This document shows positions 18,460 to 28,363 of a DNA stretch of 64,000 nucleotides, one piece after another. The notes under the pieces are model-generated. The model saw nothing but the letters and a program-made list of their open reading frames with translations. It ran no database searches and was not told where the DNA came from. Position 1 is the stretch's first letter; every line of letters begins with the position of its first letter. The position numbers and the translations under genes are program-made. Origin of the DNA: an uncultured Thermoproteaceae archaeon (GTDB taxonomy: Archaea; Thermoproteota; Thermoprotei; Thermoproteales; Thermocladiaceae). The DNA lies in the NCBI GenBank assembly GCA_964575955.1, contig CAZNTG010000006.1, positions 64,001 to 128,000 of the forward strand, given 5' to 3'.

Positions 18460-20933
18460 TATTACAGATAGCATTAGCGATAGAATTAACAATATTCACA
18501 ATACTCTACCTTAAGAATAGAAATCTTAGAGATATAAAGGATTTAGTAACAACAATAATATTAATATCAATAATAGTATTAATATCCTCAAACTACATAC
18601 TAAACTACTCTATATGCATTAAGAAGACTAGAGATATTATAGAAGTTTTAGAAAGTTGTTCAAAAATACTAAATTTAACAATATTAACATATTCTATTAG
18701 TCTCATACTACTTTCAATCTTAATATCTATAGTTCCTGTATTAAACATAGTTAATACTATATACCTATTTTACACATTACCACTAGGAAAGATTATAGAT
18801 CCTGTATTGAATAGTTTGATAATAATTTCAAACATTATACAACTTACACTAATAGTTCTAGTAGCAGAGCTAGATTTACTAATATTCTCTAAAGTAGCTT
18901 TAAAATATCTAATATTTCTACCACCTATATCATTAATAAGAAGATTAAAGATGCCGATAATTCTGATAGTGGTCTGCATACTCATAATTATAATATCAAC
19001 AGGATTGATATATAAGTCAGGAATATCGAAGATAAATCATAAAATTTTGAGAAAGATTAAGGATGAAATATTTAACATATCTAAATCTATCTCTAAAATC
19101 AGCATAGAGTATAGTAATATATCGATATTTAGATATATTTCAAATTATGGAGAGGTAAGTATCATATATATAAGATGTGGAAATTATGTAGATAGAGTAT
19201 TCGGTCTTGGAAATATTACGATTATATACAACTGTAGTAATGTAGGGCTTTTAAAAGCTTTCAAAATAGTGTTAAACTATAATGTAAGTAGTGAGATTTA
19301 TTGTAAGTATACTAAACATAGAAATATAACATACGTAGTATGTCATTCAAAATCCAAATTAAGACCTATAATCTATAGAAGATATCTTGTAGGATTACTT
19401 CATACCAACTGTTCTAAAGTATCTATAAAATTTATAGATAATATCACACTTATAGTCAGGAAACATCTAAATGCTTCATGTAGCGTAAATATAGTAGGTC
19501 CCTTCTCAGGTAGCGAAAATGTTCAATATAGTAATGTTCAATATAGTAAGATTGAGATACTGAGAAAAATTCTATATAAGATATATAATGTTGATAAGAT
19601 TGTAAATTATTACTATAATAAGAGTGTTGTAGATTTGAGAAAAATTCTAACATTAATACAGACTATAGACAATTTGAAGTACTATACTGTCAGGAAATTC
19701 ATTTTGCATAGAGATGTAGATAGTATATACATACATTTTCCAATTAGTAGAGCTGTGTTATGGCCTGTAAATATATCAACTATACCATATTCAAAATCTA
19801 TATATACATACTATAGATATCTCATAAACGTAAAGTCTGAATGTTCTAATATTTTGAAAACATTTAATTTCTATAAGTACTTCAATAATATTATAATCAT
19901 CTCACTATATTCACTATTCTTAACAATATTCTCAATAATTGCAGCAATGTACATATTGACAAATATCTTAAGTTTAGAAGGTATTGTTATATATCCTCTA
20001 ATTAAGTTTGGAAAAATATTACTATCTGAATTTTTAATACCTCTATACTTTAAGATTGCTAGTAAAGCTGTATCTAAGAAATTTATTAGAAGTATCTATA
20101 GAGCTTTCAAGAAAAGTGAAGGAATAGTAATTTTGGATAATTATCACAGAGTTGAGAATGTATTGAAGACGTATCACCATAGATATAGGGTTGAAGGTCT
20201 TTATACAATTTCAAATTATGCTAGAAGAAGATTATCAAAATATATCGATAGGAGAGTACTGTATGAAATTGAAAATAGGAGGATGCCAATTCTATATTTG
20301 AAGAACTTAGATATAAAGAAGAAAGATTACCAAACTAAGATTATTATTGAAGATATTATGAAAAATCTTGGTATATCTATTGAACTTTTATCAGACTTCT
20401 CAATTAGGAGATTTGAAAGACTTGATAGACTATCTAAATATGTATTATCAACATATATAAATGTTTCTAGAGGATTCAGATACTACAATATTATAGACTT
20501 ATCTATTGATATGAGATTAACACCATACCATATATTGTTACTATCATTAGACAGAGATGTTATTACTAATGTCTTACGGAGGTTAAATCTTTATGATATG
20601 TTTAAGGATTATCTTGATGTTAATAGAGATTTTATATTTAGCAAGTTTAGGACCTACATTTATGATCTATATTATGCATCATTATTAACATCTAGAATTA
20701 TACATAGGAGAGTTACTGGTTCTATAATTTTGAGTTTGTTAAAATATTCTGACTTAGATAGATCTCTATATGTTAGAGAGGTTAAGAACATTTTAAGATA
20801 TCATATTGATTTTGATGTTGTTAAGAAAATATTAGATGAGTATTTGAGAGAGGTTTATACTAGATATTCTGGTAGTTTTAGAAGGAGAGAATTGTATAAG
20901 GTTAATATTTTAAGAAGGTTATTTAATGTTTAG
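18456..20933 (+). CDS. Large multi-TM membrane protein (possible CedA/TedA/VirB6-like)
   Basis: Several TM segments in the first ~185 aa, a central N/Y/S/C-rich domain with NxS/T sequons, further TM near aa 480-520 and a basic C-terminal domain; ATGA overlap with the upstream gene. Confidence 0.55.
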   Translation: MILQIALAIELTIFTILYLKNRNLRDIKDLVTTIILISIIVLISSNYILNYSICIKKTRDIIEVLESCSKILNLTILTYSISLILLSILISIVPVLNIVNTIYLFYTLPLGKIIDPVLNSLIIISNIIQLTLIVLVAELDLLIFSKVALKYLIFLPPISLIRRLKMPIILIVVCILIIIISTGLIYKSGISKINHKILRKIKDEIFNISKSISKISIEYSNISIFRYISNYGEVSIIYIRCGNYVDRVFGLGNITIIYNCSNVGLLKAFKIVLNYNVSSEIYCKYTKHRNITYVVCHSKSKLRPIIYRRYLVGLLHTNCSKVSIKFIDNITLIVRKHLNASCSVNIVGPFSGSENVQYSNVQYSKIEILRKILYKIYNVDKIVNYYYNKSVVDLRKILTLIQTIDNLKYYTVRKFILHRDVDSIYIHFPISRAVLWPVNISTIPYSKSIYTYYRYLINVKSECSNILKTFNFYKYFNNIIIISLYSLFLTIFSIIAAMYILTNILSLEGIVIYPLIKFGKILLSEFLIPLYFKIASKAVSKKFIRSIYRAFKKSEGIVILDNYHRVENVLKTYHHRYRVEGLYTISNYARRRLSKYIDRRVLYEIENRRMPILYLKNLDIKKKDYQTKIIIEDIMKNLGISIELLSDFSIRRFERLDRLSKYVLSTYINVSRGFRYYNIIDLSIDMRLTPYHILLLSLDRDVITNVLRRLNLYDMFKDYLDVNRDFIFSKFRTYIYDLYYASLLTSRIIHRRVTGSIILSLLKYSDLDRSLYVREVKNILRYHIDFDVVKKILDEYLREVYTRYSGSFRRRELYKVNILRRLFNV

Positions 20934-20936
20934 TTG

Positions 20937-20984
20937 ATGATGAGTCTTCAGCCGAATGATTGGTGATTTGAGGCTGTTTGCTGA
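20937..20984 (+). ncRNA. box C/D guide sRNA (probable tRNA-Phe C32 guide)
   Basis: ATGATGA-gtcttcagccga-ATGA-ttgg-TGATTT-gaggctgtttg-CTGA, intergenic. Confidence 0.72.
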
Positions 20985-20990
20985 TCATGA

Positions 20991-22031
20991 TTATACTCTT
21001 ATGACTATTTCCAACTTATCTAATATTTCTTGATATCTTTGTCTAATTGTTACATCTGATTTTCCTGTTGCTTGTGATACTTCTTTCTGTTTTCTCTTAG
21101 TGTTAACTATGTTTACGGCTATGTATATTGCTGCTGCAGCTATTGCATATTTATCTTTTCCATTTGTGAGTCTTATTTTTCTACATGCATCTATGATGTT
21201 CCATGTAAGCTTCATTATTGGTGGTCTTAGGTCTGATGGAACTTCAAGTTTGTCTAATACTGTAGATATGTATCTTCTGATTTCAGCCTCATTTATAACT
21301 GATGTTTGAATGTTTATTCCTGAGCTTGCTAGTATTGATTTTATTTCTGTTAAAATTTTTGCAAGTCTTCTTCTATCGACATTAAATTCTGTTAATATTT
21401 CTTTAATTCTAAATCCTAAACCTCTATTTTTACATGCTACGTATAGTAGGGCTGCTGCAAGTTCTCTTAATCTATACATCCTCTTCTTTCTCTCAGGTAT
21501 CTTACCTTCTTTCACTGCTTTAGCGATATGTCTATACATGTGTATTACATCATCGATTATGCTTGATGGTAATCCAAGTTTTTGTACAACATTCTTAACA
21601 TATCTTTGAAGTGTTACAACATTTCTCTCAGTACTTGTAACTCTAAGTCTCTGGTGAATTATGCTAAGTCTTTCAAGTACTGATCTCATCTTAATGTTTT
21701 GTGATACTTTTGTTACATCAATCTCATCTTGTCCAAGTCCTTGATTTGGATATTTTATGTCAGTCTTGTATAGTCTTTCTTTTTCTTCAGCTTCTTCAGG
21801 TGTGTATACTCTATATTCTGGTCTTGTTATATCTGGTATTTTTTCAACAATTATTGAGCCACACTGTGTACATACTACCTGTCCATTTCGATAATCAAAT
21901 ATTATTTTTGGACATCCACAGTATGGACATCTTGTCAATTCTTCAATATTTACAACAGTTTCAGTCTTCTCCTTATCTTTATGTAACTTCTTTCTTAGGT
22001 ATTCAAATTTTGAAATTTTTTCATCAATCAT
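20991..22031 (-). CDS. tfb: Transcription initiation factor IIB (divergent, TFB2-like)
   Basis: Zn ribbon CPYCG...CTQCG; two cyclin repeats (AAALLYVAC, AAAAIYIA, SDVTIRQRY). Start placed at ATG 22031 behind GGAG. Confidence 0.93.
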   Translation of the reverse strand: MIDEKISKFEYLRKKLHKDKEKTETVVNIEELTRCPYCGCPKIIFDYRNGQVVCTQCGSIIVEKIPDITRPEYRVYTPEEAEEKERLYKTDIKYPNQGLGQDEIDVTKVSQNIKMRSVLERLSIIHQRLRVTSTERNVVTLQRYVKNVVQKLGLPSSIIDDVIHMYRHIAKAVKEGKIPERKKRMYRLRELAAALLYVACKNRGLGFRIKEILTEFNVDRRRLAKILTEIKSILASSGINIQTSVINEAEIRRYISTVLDKLEVPSDLRPPIMKLTWNIIDACRKIRLTNGKDKYAIAAAAIYIAVNIVNTKRKQKEVSQATGKSDVTIRQRYQEILDKLEIVIRV

Positions 22032-22032
22032 A

Positions 22033-22314
22033 CTATCTCCTCTTTCTTGTTCTTGATTTTTCAAGATCAAGTACTCTTACATATACTGCTTTACCTTTAA
22101 ACTTTTCTGGATCTTCAAGAACATTTCTGTCAGGTTTTACTAAGCCAAATGGGCTTGATACAGGTCCAATAACATCATATAGAATTCCTAATCTCTTCAT
22201 AGCGTAGTCATATACTGTGATGTAGAGTGGTGGTACCATGCTTAATTTAATTACAAGCTTCTTATCGTGTGAAAGATGAAGAACTTCACCTATCTTCTTC
22301 AATGATGTAGACAT
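22033..22314 (-). CDS. gar1: H/ACA RNP protein Gar1
   Basis: IGEVLHLS...LGILYDVIGPVSSPFGLVKP; gar1-tfb linkage. Confidence 0.88.
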   Translation of the reverse strand: MSTSLKKIGEVLHLSHDKKLVIKLSMVPPLYITVYDYAMKRLGILYDVIGPVSSPFGLVKPDRNVLEDPEKFKGKAVYVRVLDLEKSRTRKRR

Positions 22315-22461
22315 CCTTATTAGGCTAGTATTATATATCTTAAATCATAAACGTTTCGTCTACCTGAATCATAATGTGTATATATTGTATATTGTTGAAG
22401 ACAGGAAGGTAACAGATGGATGAGATATGTTTAAATAGGTACTATGTAGCATGCATTAGCA

Positions 22462-22884
22462 ATGGTAAAACTGCTAAGCTACTATCAGGGTAATGATACT
22501 AAGAAGCCATCTGGAGGATATAGACCAAGACCATATAAGGTGAAGAGGAAATGTCTTGGTGGTGGACCACCAACAATGACAAAGTTGGGCAATTCTGACA
22601 GGATTAAGATTACTAGAGACTATGGTGGTAATCATAAGATTAGACTTCTAGAAGCAGCTACAGCAAATGTATATATTCCAGATGAGAAGAGGTGTGTTAA
22701 AGTTAAGATTTTGAGAGTCCTTGAAACACCATCAAATCCTGAATATGCTAGAAGAGGAATAATTGTGAAAGGTGCTGTGATAGATACAGAGATTGGTAAA
22801 GCAGTAGTAACATCTAGACCTGGTCAGGATGGTGTTATTAATGCAGTACTGATTGAGAAGAGAGAAGAGAAGAAAAAGAAGTAG
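22462..22884 (+). CDS. rps8e: 30S ribosomal protein S8e
   Basis: YQGNDTKKPSGG, RRGIIVKGAVIDTEIG, TSRPGQDGVINAVL. Confidence 0.97.
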   Translation: MVKLLSYYQGNDTKKPSGGYRPRPYKVKRKCLGGGPPTMTKLGNSDRIKITRDYGGNHKIRLLEAATANVYIPDEKRCVKVKILRVLETPSNPEYARRGIIVKGAVIDTEIGKAVVTSRPGQDGVINAVLIEKREEKKKK

Positions 22885-22899
22885 ATTAACAATATCTAA

Positions 22900-23226
22900 A
22901 TGGTTCGTAGAAGGAGAAGAGGCATAATTATATGGACTGTATTTTTTGATTCTTCAAGATCTAGAAATCTTGGAAGAAAAGTTCCTAAATCATTAGCAAT
23001 TAAATGTCCAACAGTTGAAGAGCTTGAAGAAGCTGTTAAAGAGCTTGGTTTTGAATATGAGGTTTATAGAGATAAGAAGTATCCAAAAACTTGGTATTTA
23101 GATTCATGTCAAGGATATGTTAAGATATTTAAAAAACCTGACATGGAGATTAGCAGAACAAAACTTCTGAAGACTATAGCTGAGAAGTTGAGAGAGATTA
23201 GACAGAGAAGACAGATGAAGAGCTAA
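22900..23226 (+). CDS. srp19: Signal recognition particle protein SRP19
   Basis: IIWTVFFDSSRSRNLGRKVPKSLA, KKYPKTW. Confidence 0.93.
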   Translation: MVRRRRRGIIIWTVFFDSSRSRNLGRKVPKSLAIKCPTVEELEEAVKELGFEYEVYRDKKYPKTWYLDSCQGYVKIFKKPDMEISRTKLLKTIAEKLREIRQRRQMKS

Positions 23227-23277
23227 CTACTTCTTAAGAAATGTTTTAATGAGTGTTAAGATGATACTTGACTATCT

Positions 23278-24075
23278 ATGACATTGATAGAACATTTACG
23301 AACTATATCAGAGAAAGCTAGAATGTATCTACTACTAATAGCACTATACAATCCAGGAGTACATCTAGGATCTTCATTATCAGTAATTGAAATATTGACA
23401 GCACTATACGGTACAGGTAGAGTAAGCTTTCTTAAAGGTGATATTGATAGAAATTGGCTAATATTAAGTAAAGGTCATGCTGTACATGCAGTATATGCAA
23501 TAGCTGCAGCTATGGGATACCTATCATGGAATGACCTTAGAAATTCAGGTACAATAATGAGTCCACTACAAAATCATCCAGAACTTGGATGTCCAGGTGT
23601 TGATGTAGCAACAGGATCGCTAGGTCAAGGTGTTAGTATTAGTGTAGGTATTGCACTAGGATTAAAACTTAGAGGATTAACAAATAGGAAAGTATACGTA
23701 ATACTTGGAGATGGTGAACTTGATGAAGGTCAGACATGGGAAGCATTTTCAACAGCAGCACACTACAACTTGACAAATTGGATACCAATAATAGACCACA
23801 ATAAGATACAGCTAGATGGTAAGGTTGATAATGTTAAGAAGAAGGGTGATCTAAGGAAGAGATTTGAATCTCTTGGATATGATGTTGTTGAAGTTGATGG
23901 TCATGATATAAATGCAATACTTGGAGTTTTAGAAGATGTTGAATCTAGTAATAGGATGAGTGTAATTATAGCACATACAGTACGTGGTAAGGGTGTACCT
24001 GTACTTGAAGGAACTAATAGACAGAGAATGTTTAGAGAAGAGATTTTACAAATACTTAAAGAATATATGCAGTAG
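23278..24075 (+). CDS. Transketolase, N-terminal (TPP-binding) subunit
   Basis: HLGSSLS, LSKGHA, TGSLGQG, GDGELDEGQTWEA. Confidence 0.93.
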   Translation: MTLIEHLRTISEKARMYLLLIALYNPGVHLGSSLSVIEILTALYGTGRVSFLKGDIDRNWLILSKGHAVHAVYAIAAAMGYLSWNDLRNSGTIMSPLQNHPELGCPGVDVATGSLGQGVSISVGIALGLKLRGLTNRKVYVILGDGELDEGQTWEAFSTAAHYNLTNWIPIIDHNKIQLDGKVDNVKKKGDLRKRFESLGYDVVEVDGHDINAILGVLEDVESSNRMSVIIAHTVRGKGVPVLEGTNRQRMFREEILQILKEYMQ

Positions 24076-24624
24076 CTATTTTCTAGGTATACACTCTTTA
24101 ATTAGTATTTCAGCAGATGCATATACTGCAGATAGACCACATATAATACCTTCATAACCAGCAACTCTCAATATTGTTAAACTGCCTGTAGCAAATGCTG
24201 CACATAGTAGAAAGAAGAGTATTGTTAAAGTTACGAAGACCACTTTAAGACTTGCAGTACCAGTCTTCAAGACTACTATGGTTAAGTATAGTGTAAATAT
24301 GCCCCACATAAACATCCATGCTGCAAGTTCACCAGAGCCTATAGTTGTCAACTTTAACCATCCTGTAACAGCACTCATAAGTGCTAGACCAATCCAAAAT
24401 AATCCATATGCTGTAAATGCTGTACCTCCAAATGTCGATCCTCTTCTAAACTCTATAATTCCAGATATTACCTGTGCAAGACCACCAAAGAAGAATCCAT
24501 AACACATTGTTAATGTTGCTGTTTTAACAATACCTGCATTATACAGATTTAGCAGTACTGTAGTTAATCCAAAAGCTGCAAGTCCCAGTGATGCTGGATT
24601 ACCCCATTGATTAGTTGTTGACAT
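24076..24624 (-). CDS. Acetate uptake transporter, SatP/GPR1/FUN34/YaaH family
   Basis: NPASLGLAAFGLTT, GGLAQ, TFGGTAFTAYGLFW; about 6 TM helices. Confidence 0.93.
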   Translation of the reverse strand: MSTTNQWGNPASLGLAAFGLTTVLLNLYNAGIVKTATLTMCYGFFFGGLAQVISGIIEFRRGSTFGGTAFTAYGLFWIGLALMSAVTGWLKLTTIGSGELAAWMFMWGIFTLYLTIVVLKTGTASLKVVFVTLTILFFLLCAAFATGSLTILRVAGYEGIICGLSAVYASAEILIKECIPRK

Positions 24625-24784
24625 GTGTTTCCTCTCTAATACTTTCTCTTCTTATCTATTTTTACAAATCTGTAATAAACAATATTTTAGAATGAGAGTA
24701 CTTACCTGTATATAGTCTAAATATGTTGTTGCTATAGGTAAAACATTATACTTATATCTTCATACGAGAACTTTCGTGAACTAG

Positions 24785-25750
24785 ATGTCAAGTATAAGTC
24801 TTACAGAACTTTCAGAACTAACACCTAGAGATGCTCTAGGTAGAGCACTTGTAGAACTTGGATCGATGTATAGAGATGTTGTTGTTGTAACAGCAGATGT
24901 TGGTGAAGCAACTAGAGCAAAATATTTTGGAGATAGATATCCAGATAGGTACTTCAATGTCGGAATAGCTGAGCAAGACATGCTTGGTGTTGCTGCAGGT
25001 CTAGCACTTACAGGATTTAGAGTATATGCAGTTGCATTTGCAATGTTTCTAATGAGAGCATGGGAGCAGATTAGGAACAGTATTGTGAGAATGAACATAC
25101 CTGTAAAGATTGTTGGTACACATGCAGGATTTAGTGATGCATATGATGGAGCTAGTCATCAATGTCTTGAAGATATTGCACTTATGAGAATACTACCAAA
25201 CATGACCGTCATAGCACCTGCAGATGCACCTGAAGTATATAGAGCTATTATAAGTAGTGCTGAACTAAAAACACCATGCTATATCAGAGTTGGTAGAGAT
25301 TATACTAGAAATATTACACATACACTAGACTACGAGTTTAAGATTGGTCAAGCAGTAGTTGTTGAAGATGGTGAAGACATCTCAATATTTACAACAGGAA
25401 TGACACTATGGATAGCACTTGAAGCATACAACATACTTAAGGATATGGGTGTAAGTCCAGCAATAGTACACTTCCACACAATATCACCACTAGATGTAAA
25501 CACTGTAGAGAAGTATGCTAGAAAGACAGGAGCGATAGTAACTATAGAAGAACATCTAGTTAAAGGAGGATTTGGATCAGCAATTGCAGAGACAGTAGTA
25601 CAGACATATGCAGTACCTATAGTGATGGTTGGTGCATATAGTTTTGGTAGAAGTGCTAGAAGTCCTGAAGAGCTATATAGATATTTTGGAATAGAACCAA
25701 ATGAAGTTGCTCTTAGAGCAATTGAACTTATAAAGTTGAGAAAGAGATAA
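24785..25750 (+). CDS. Transketolase, C-terminal subunit
   Basis: FNVGIAEQDM, RAWEQIR, DGASHQ, EEHLVKGGFGSA. Confidence 0.93.
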   Translation: MSSISLTELSELTPRDALGRALVELGSMYRDVVVVTADVGEATRAKYFGDRYPDRYFNVGIAEQDMLGVAAGLALTGFRVYAVAFAMFLMRAWEQIRNSIVRMNIPVKIVGTHAGFSDAYDGASHQCLEDIALMRILPNMTVIAPADAPEVYRAIISSAELKTPCYIRVGRDYTRNITHTLDYEFKIGQAVVVEDGEDISIFTTGMTLWIALEAYNILKDMGVSPAIVHFHTISPLDVNTVEKYARKTGAIVTIEEHLVKGGFGSAIAETVVQTYAVPIVMVGAYSFGRSARSPEELYRYFGIEPNEVALRAIELIKLRKR

Positions 25751-25794
25751 GAAGTAGGTTTCTAAACCCTCTAAAATAGTAGAAGTTAAGTATC

Positions 25795-27678
25795 GTGACA
25801 AAGATATCACTAATAGAAAGATATTTTCCATATAGTAGATGGAGAAGATTTCAGAAAGAGATAGCTGAGACAGTTTACGATGGATTAATAGACTGTGGAA
25901 TAGTCCTAATAGAAGCACCAACAGGGATTGGGAAGACAAGCTCAGTACTTTCAGGAGCATTAGCATATGCTGAAGAGACAGATAGAAAATTGATATATCT
26001 AATAAGAACTAAAAGTGAAGCACAGGCACCACTTAGAGAGATAGATAGATTGAAGAGTAGAGAGATATACATACCATACACACTTATAAGAAGTAGATTA
26101 GATATGTGTTGCATGATTGAGAATAGAAAGATACCGTATGACGAATTCTTAGAAGAATGTAGATATCTCAGATATTCAGGAAAGTGTCAATACTACATAA
26201 ATGCTCAAAAAGTAGATATAGATGACATAATATTAAGAGTACAGGAACTAGATGCAAGACCAGAAGAGTTTTTAACATTTATGTGCAATAACGCACTATG
26301 TCCATATGAGGTTGCTAAGAGAATGATTGAGAAGTCTAGAATAGTCATAATGACATACCACTACATATTTAGTATGAATATAACTGAGACACTACCAATA
26401 AATCTTGAAGATTCTATATTAATAATAGATGAAGCACACAATCTGCCAAATATAATAATTGATGCAAACTCCTTCTCAATTAGTGAAATAACTATAAAAT
26501 CATGTATAAGTGAGGTTAAGAAGTACATATCGAGTGAAGATAAGAAGAATAGAACTGTGAAAGTTCTTAAAGATATACTAGCATATATGAAGAAGTTTAA
26601 AGAGTTGAAAACTTATGAAGAACTTGAGAGAAGTTATATACAGATTGATGTGTCTGATATATTATCACTATTTGAAAATATTGATATTATTAGAGAAGCA
26701 TATCTAGAAGTTATTAGTAAGAAGAGAAGTTCTAGTGTTGGTATACCATTCTCATATCTTTATAGAATATTAGATTTTCATAGAAAATTAATGAATATAG
26801 GTTCTCAATTTGCAGCATTTATAACATGTAATGAAGGTATTTTAGAAATCTCATGTAGATGTCTTGATCCAGCTGTTATAAGTTCTAAAATTTTTGATAA
26901 AATTGCAGGTGCTGTATTGATGAGTGGTACATTACCGCCAACAGACTATATTAAAAGCATGTTAGGAATATATAGACATGTTAGAGAATTGAGAATACCA
27001 TTTAGAGATTATGTTGGTTCTAGTAATATTGAAGCTGTGATATATACAGAAGTAACTACTAGATACAGTGAGAGATGTGAAAATATGTATAGTAGAATTG
27101 GTAAAGTACTTTCAGAAATTTATAGAAATGTTAAAGATGGTGCAATACTTAGTGTATTTCCATCATATACAGTATTGAAGACTGTTAGAAGATATATAGA
27201 TAGCGATGTTGATTATATTATGGAAGTATCATCAACAACAATATCTCAAGTATTAGATAGATTGAGAGAAAATCCACACATCTTGATAATGGCTGTTGCA
27301 GGTGGTAAACTTATGGAAGGTGTAGAATTTAAGATTGATGGTAGAAATATTTTGAAGTCTGTAGTTATTGTAGGTGTACCATATCCAGAACCTAACGATT
27401 TTCTAGAAATGTTTAGAGGTATAGTAAGTACAAGATTAGGATCTAGCGAACTTGCATGGGAACTTGTATATATGTGGAATGCTTTAATGAAAGTTAAACA
27501 AGCTATAGGTAGAGCTATCAGATCTGAAAATGATAGAGCTTTCATAATATTGATGGATCGTAGATATCTAGATTCTAGACTTAGAAAATTTATAGAAGAT
27601 TATTTAGGAAATGTTGAAGTTACTAACAATATTGACGATATGTTAGTTAGATTAAGAAGATTTCTAAACTCCAACTGA
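25795..27678 (+). CDS. xpd: XPD/Rad3 (DinG-family) Fe-S helicase
   Basis: EAPTGIGKT, Fe-S cysteines (MCC, EEC, LCPYE), DEAHN, SGTL, QAIGRAIR. Confidence 0.92.
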   Translation: MTKISLIERYFPYSRWRRFQKEIAETVYDGLIDCGIVLIEAPTGIGKTSSVLSGALAYAEETDRKLIYLIRTKSEAQAPLREIDRLKSREIYIPYTLIRSRLDMCCMIENRKIPYDEFLEECRYLRYSGKCQYYINAQKVDIDDIILRVQELDARPEEFLTFMCNNALCPYEVAKRMIEKSRIVIMTYHYIFSMNITETLPINLEDSILIIDEAHNLPNIIIDANSFSISEITIKSCISEVKKYISSEDKKNRTVKVLKDILAYMKKFKELKTYEELERSYIQIDVSDILSLFENIDIIREAYLEVISKKRSSSVGIPFSYLYRILDFHRKLMNIGSQFAAFITCNEGILEISCRCLDPAVISSKIFDKIAGAVLMSGTLPPTDYIKSMLGIYRHVRELRIPFRDYVGSSNIEAVIYTEVTTRYSERCENMYSRIGKVLSEIYRNVKDGAILSVFPSYTVLKTVRRYIDSDVDYIMEVSSTTISQVLDRLRENPHILIMAVAGGKLMEGVEFKIDGRNILKSVVIVGVPYPEPNDFLEMFRGIVSTRLGSSELAWELVYMWNALMKVKQAIGRAIRSENDRAFIILMDRRYLDSRLRKFIEDYLGNVEVTNNIDDMLVRLRRFLNSN

Positions 27679-27693
27679 TAACCTCAACCCAAC

Positions 27694-28221
27694 CTATTCC
27701 GAAGTTGATGTTTCTCTCTTCTCTTCAGGTTTTTGCAATATCTTACCTTGCTGAGTAGCTGTTGGTGGTCTTATTAATGCTTCAGCTGTTGGTGATGGAG
27801 TTGGTGGTCTTCTCTCAGGTTTTACCTGTGGTTGTGTTGGTATTGGCTGTTGATATGGAGTAGATTGCATTGTCTGAGTCTGTGGTATTGGTGGTCTAAC
27901 CATTTGTGGATATTGTGGTTGTTGATATGGTTGGTATGGCGCTACATATTGTGGAGGTGGTGGTTGAACTTGATATTGAGGATATGGTTGTCTTCTCTGC
28001 TGTATCTGTCTTATCAATATTACCTGAATTGCAATTACTATAGATAGTAGACATATTATCAATATGTCTATTATAGTCTGCATGTATACTCCATACGCCA
28101 TATATGCTGTATTGTAGAATGATAAGGTTACTAATGATAACACTATCCCAATGACAGCAATTACGGCAGCTGCAATTAGTAGTGCTATATATCCTCTACC
28201 TTCTCTATACGGAGTATACAT
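27694..28221 (-). CDS. Two-TM membrane protein with Pro/Gln-rich C-terminal tail
   Basis: Two hydrophobic segments followed by a low-complexity QPYPQYQVQPPPPQ region. Confidence 0.7.
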   Translation of the reverse strand: MYTPYREGRGYIALLIAAAVIAVIGIVLSLVTLSFYNTAYMAYGVYMQTIIDILIICLLSIVIAIQVILIRQIQQRRQPYPQYQVQPPPPQYVAPYQPYQQPQYPQMVRPPIPQTQTMQSTPYQQPIPTQPQVKPERRPPTPSPTAEALIRPPTATQQGKILQKPEEKRETSTSE

Positions 28222-28363
28222 CCATATCCACTACCATGACAGTATATATGAAGATTTTATACTTGTCGGTCATTAAATACTTGATACTTGATATATCCAA
28301 GTTTTAATGTAGATTCTACAGATTTGAGATAGTTTTATAATTCTAAAATACAGACCTAGACAT

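Noticed and set aside
15834-20933. Intact integrated element or provirus at tRNA-Leu
   Set aside because: No integrase, no repeat of the tRNA 3' end, and no replication or virion genes found in the window.
20991-22031. TFB as a TFB3-like regulator of the adjacent Ced/Ted-like operon
   Set aside because: It is full length with two cyclin repeats and sits in the usual gar1-tfb context, so the adjacency is probably coincidental.
22380-22430. Possible C/D sRNA in the gar1-rps8e gap (TGAAGA...CAGA)
   Set aside because: No convincing C' box or terminal CTGA; better explained as a divergent promoter region.
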